This document shows positions 63,588-64,000 of a DNA stretch of 64,000 nucleotides, piece by piece (within the stretch, counting starts at the first letter, position 1; every line of letters starts with the position of its first letter). The notes under the pieces were generated by a model. It saw only the letters and a list, made by a program, of their open reading frames with translations, made no database searches and was not told the origin of the DNA. Origin of the DNA: an uncultured delta proteobacterium (GTDB lineage Bacteria > Myxococcota_A > Polyangia > Fen-1088); contig CAVYGB010000008.1 in assembly GCA_963767925.1 (NCBI GenBank), forward strand, positions 1,312,001 through 1,376,000. The letters run 5' to 3'. Made by a program: the position numbers and the translations under genes.

Positions 63588-64000
63588 ATGACCATCGACC
63601 TGGCGATCCAGCAGTTCCTCGACCACCTGAAAGTCGAGCGACAGCTCTCGCCGGCGACGCTGGCAGCGTATGGCGGTGACCTCACCTGCTTCGCGGCGTT
63701 CCTCGCCCGCCGGAAGGTGCCCACCGTCGCGGCGATCCGCACCATCGACCTGCTCGACTACCTGGCCGATCTCGGGGGCACGCTCTCGGCGCGATCCCAG
63801 GCCCGCCGGCTGTCGGCGATGCGGCAGCTCTTCAAGCACCTCAAGGCGGAGCGGATCATCCCCGGCAACCCGGCCGAAGACGTCGACATGCCCCGGTTCG
63901 GCCGGCGGCTCCCGTCTTTCCTGACGCTGGCCGAGGTGGACGCCTTGCTGGCCGCGCCCGATCGCCGGACCGATCGGGGTGCCCGCGATGGGGCCATGCT
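63588..64000 (+). CDS. xerD: Site-specific tyrosine recombinase XerD, N-terminal part (runs off window)
   Basis: Manual translation: FLDHLKVERQLSPATLAAYGGDL..SARSQARRLSAMRQLFKHL..NPA..RRLPSFLTLAEVDALLAAPD...GARDGAM. Confidence 0.85.
   Translation, partial: MTIDLAIQQFLDHLKVERQLSPATLAAYGGDLTCFAAFLARRKVPTVAAIRTIDLLDYLADLGGTLSARSQARRLSAMRQLFKHLKAERIIPGNPAEDVDMPRFGRRLPSFLTLAEVDALLAAPDRRTDRGARDGAM

Noticed and set aside
63588..64000. Prophage or integrative-element integrase
   Set aside because: The sequence looks like housekeeping XerD. No att sites or phage genes are visible, though the gene is truncated by the window.

Overview
High-GC (~70% by eye) bacterial chromosomal segment, most consistent with a myxobacterium (Myxococcota). 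That assignment is inferred from composition, sigma54 features, bactofilins and many Cys-rich lipoproteins. 1-20.7 kb: uppP plus a surface-glycan/amino-sugar cluster (4 DegT aminotransferases, 2 Gfo/Idh/MocA oxidoreductases, 2 hexapeptide acetyltransferases, 2 epimerases/dehydratases, 3 GT2s, 2-3 GT-C-like membrane proteins, ATP-grasp, HAD, methyltransferase). 20.7-30.4 kb: birA, nadC, HAD-IB, rsmD, coaD, class I aminotransferase, sigma54 response regulator and TPR proteins. 30.4-45.5 kb: a long minus-strand run with a GltD/NfnAB-like fusion, a membrane gluzincin, a kelch lipoprotein, a split amino-acid-oxidase-like complex, S41 peptidase, guanine deaminase, yggS and maf. 45.6-47.9 kb: a 25-codon yebC remnant and ruvCAB. 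48.3-52.8 kb: an operon of an HhH protein, a pentapeptide-repeat/bactofilin fusion and a bactofilin, then two paralogous CX5CH cytochrome-like lipoproteins. 53-64 kb: dapF, secG, tpiA, an intact but active-site-degenerate pgk with no gap, a sigma54-driven small protein, glpD, aspS, DHH and metallophosphoesterases, an alpha/beta hydrolase and partial xerD. Many frameshifts cluster in essential genes (about 20.7-31.3, 44.7-46.7 and 58.4-62.4 kb) and are most likely sequencing indels. No rRNA, tRNA, CRISPR array or transposase was recognised. All calls come from motif recognition by eye; no searches were run.
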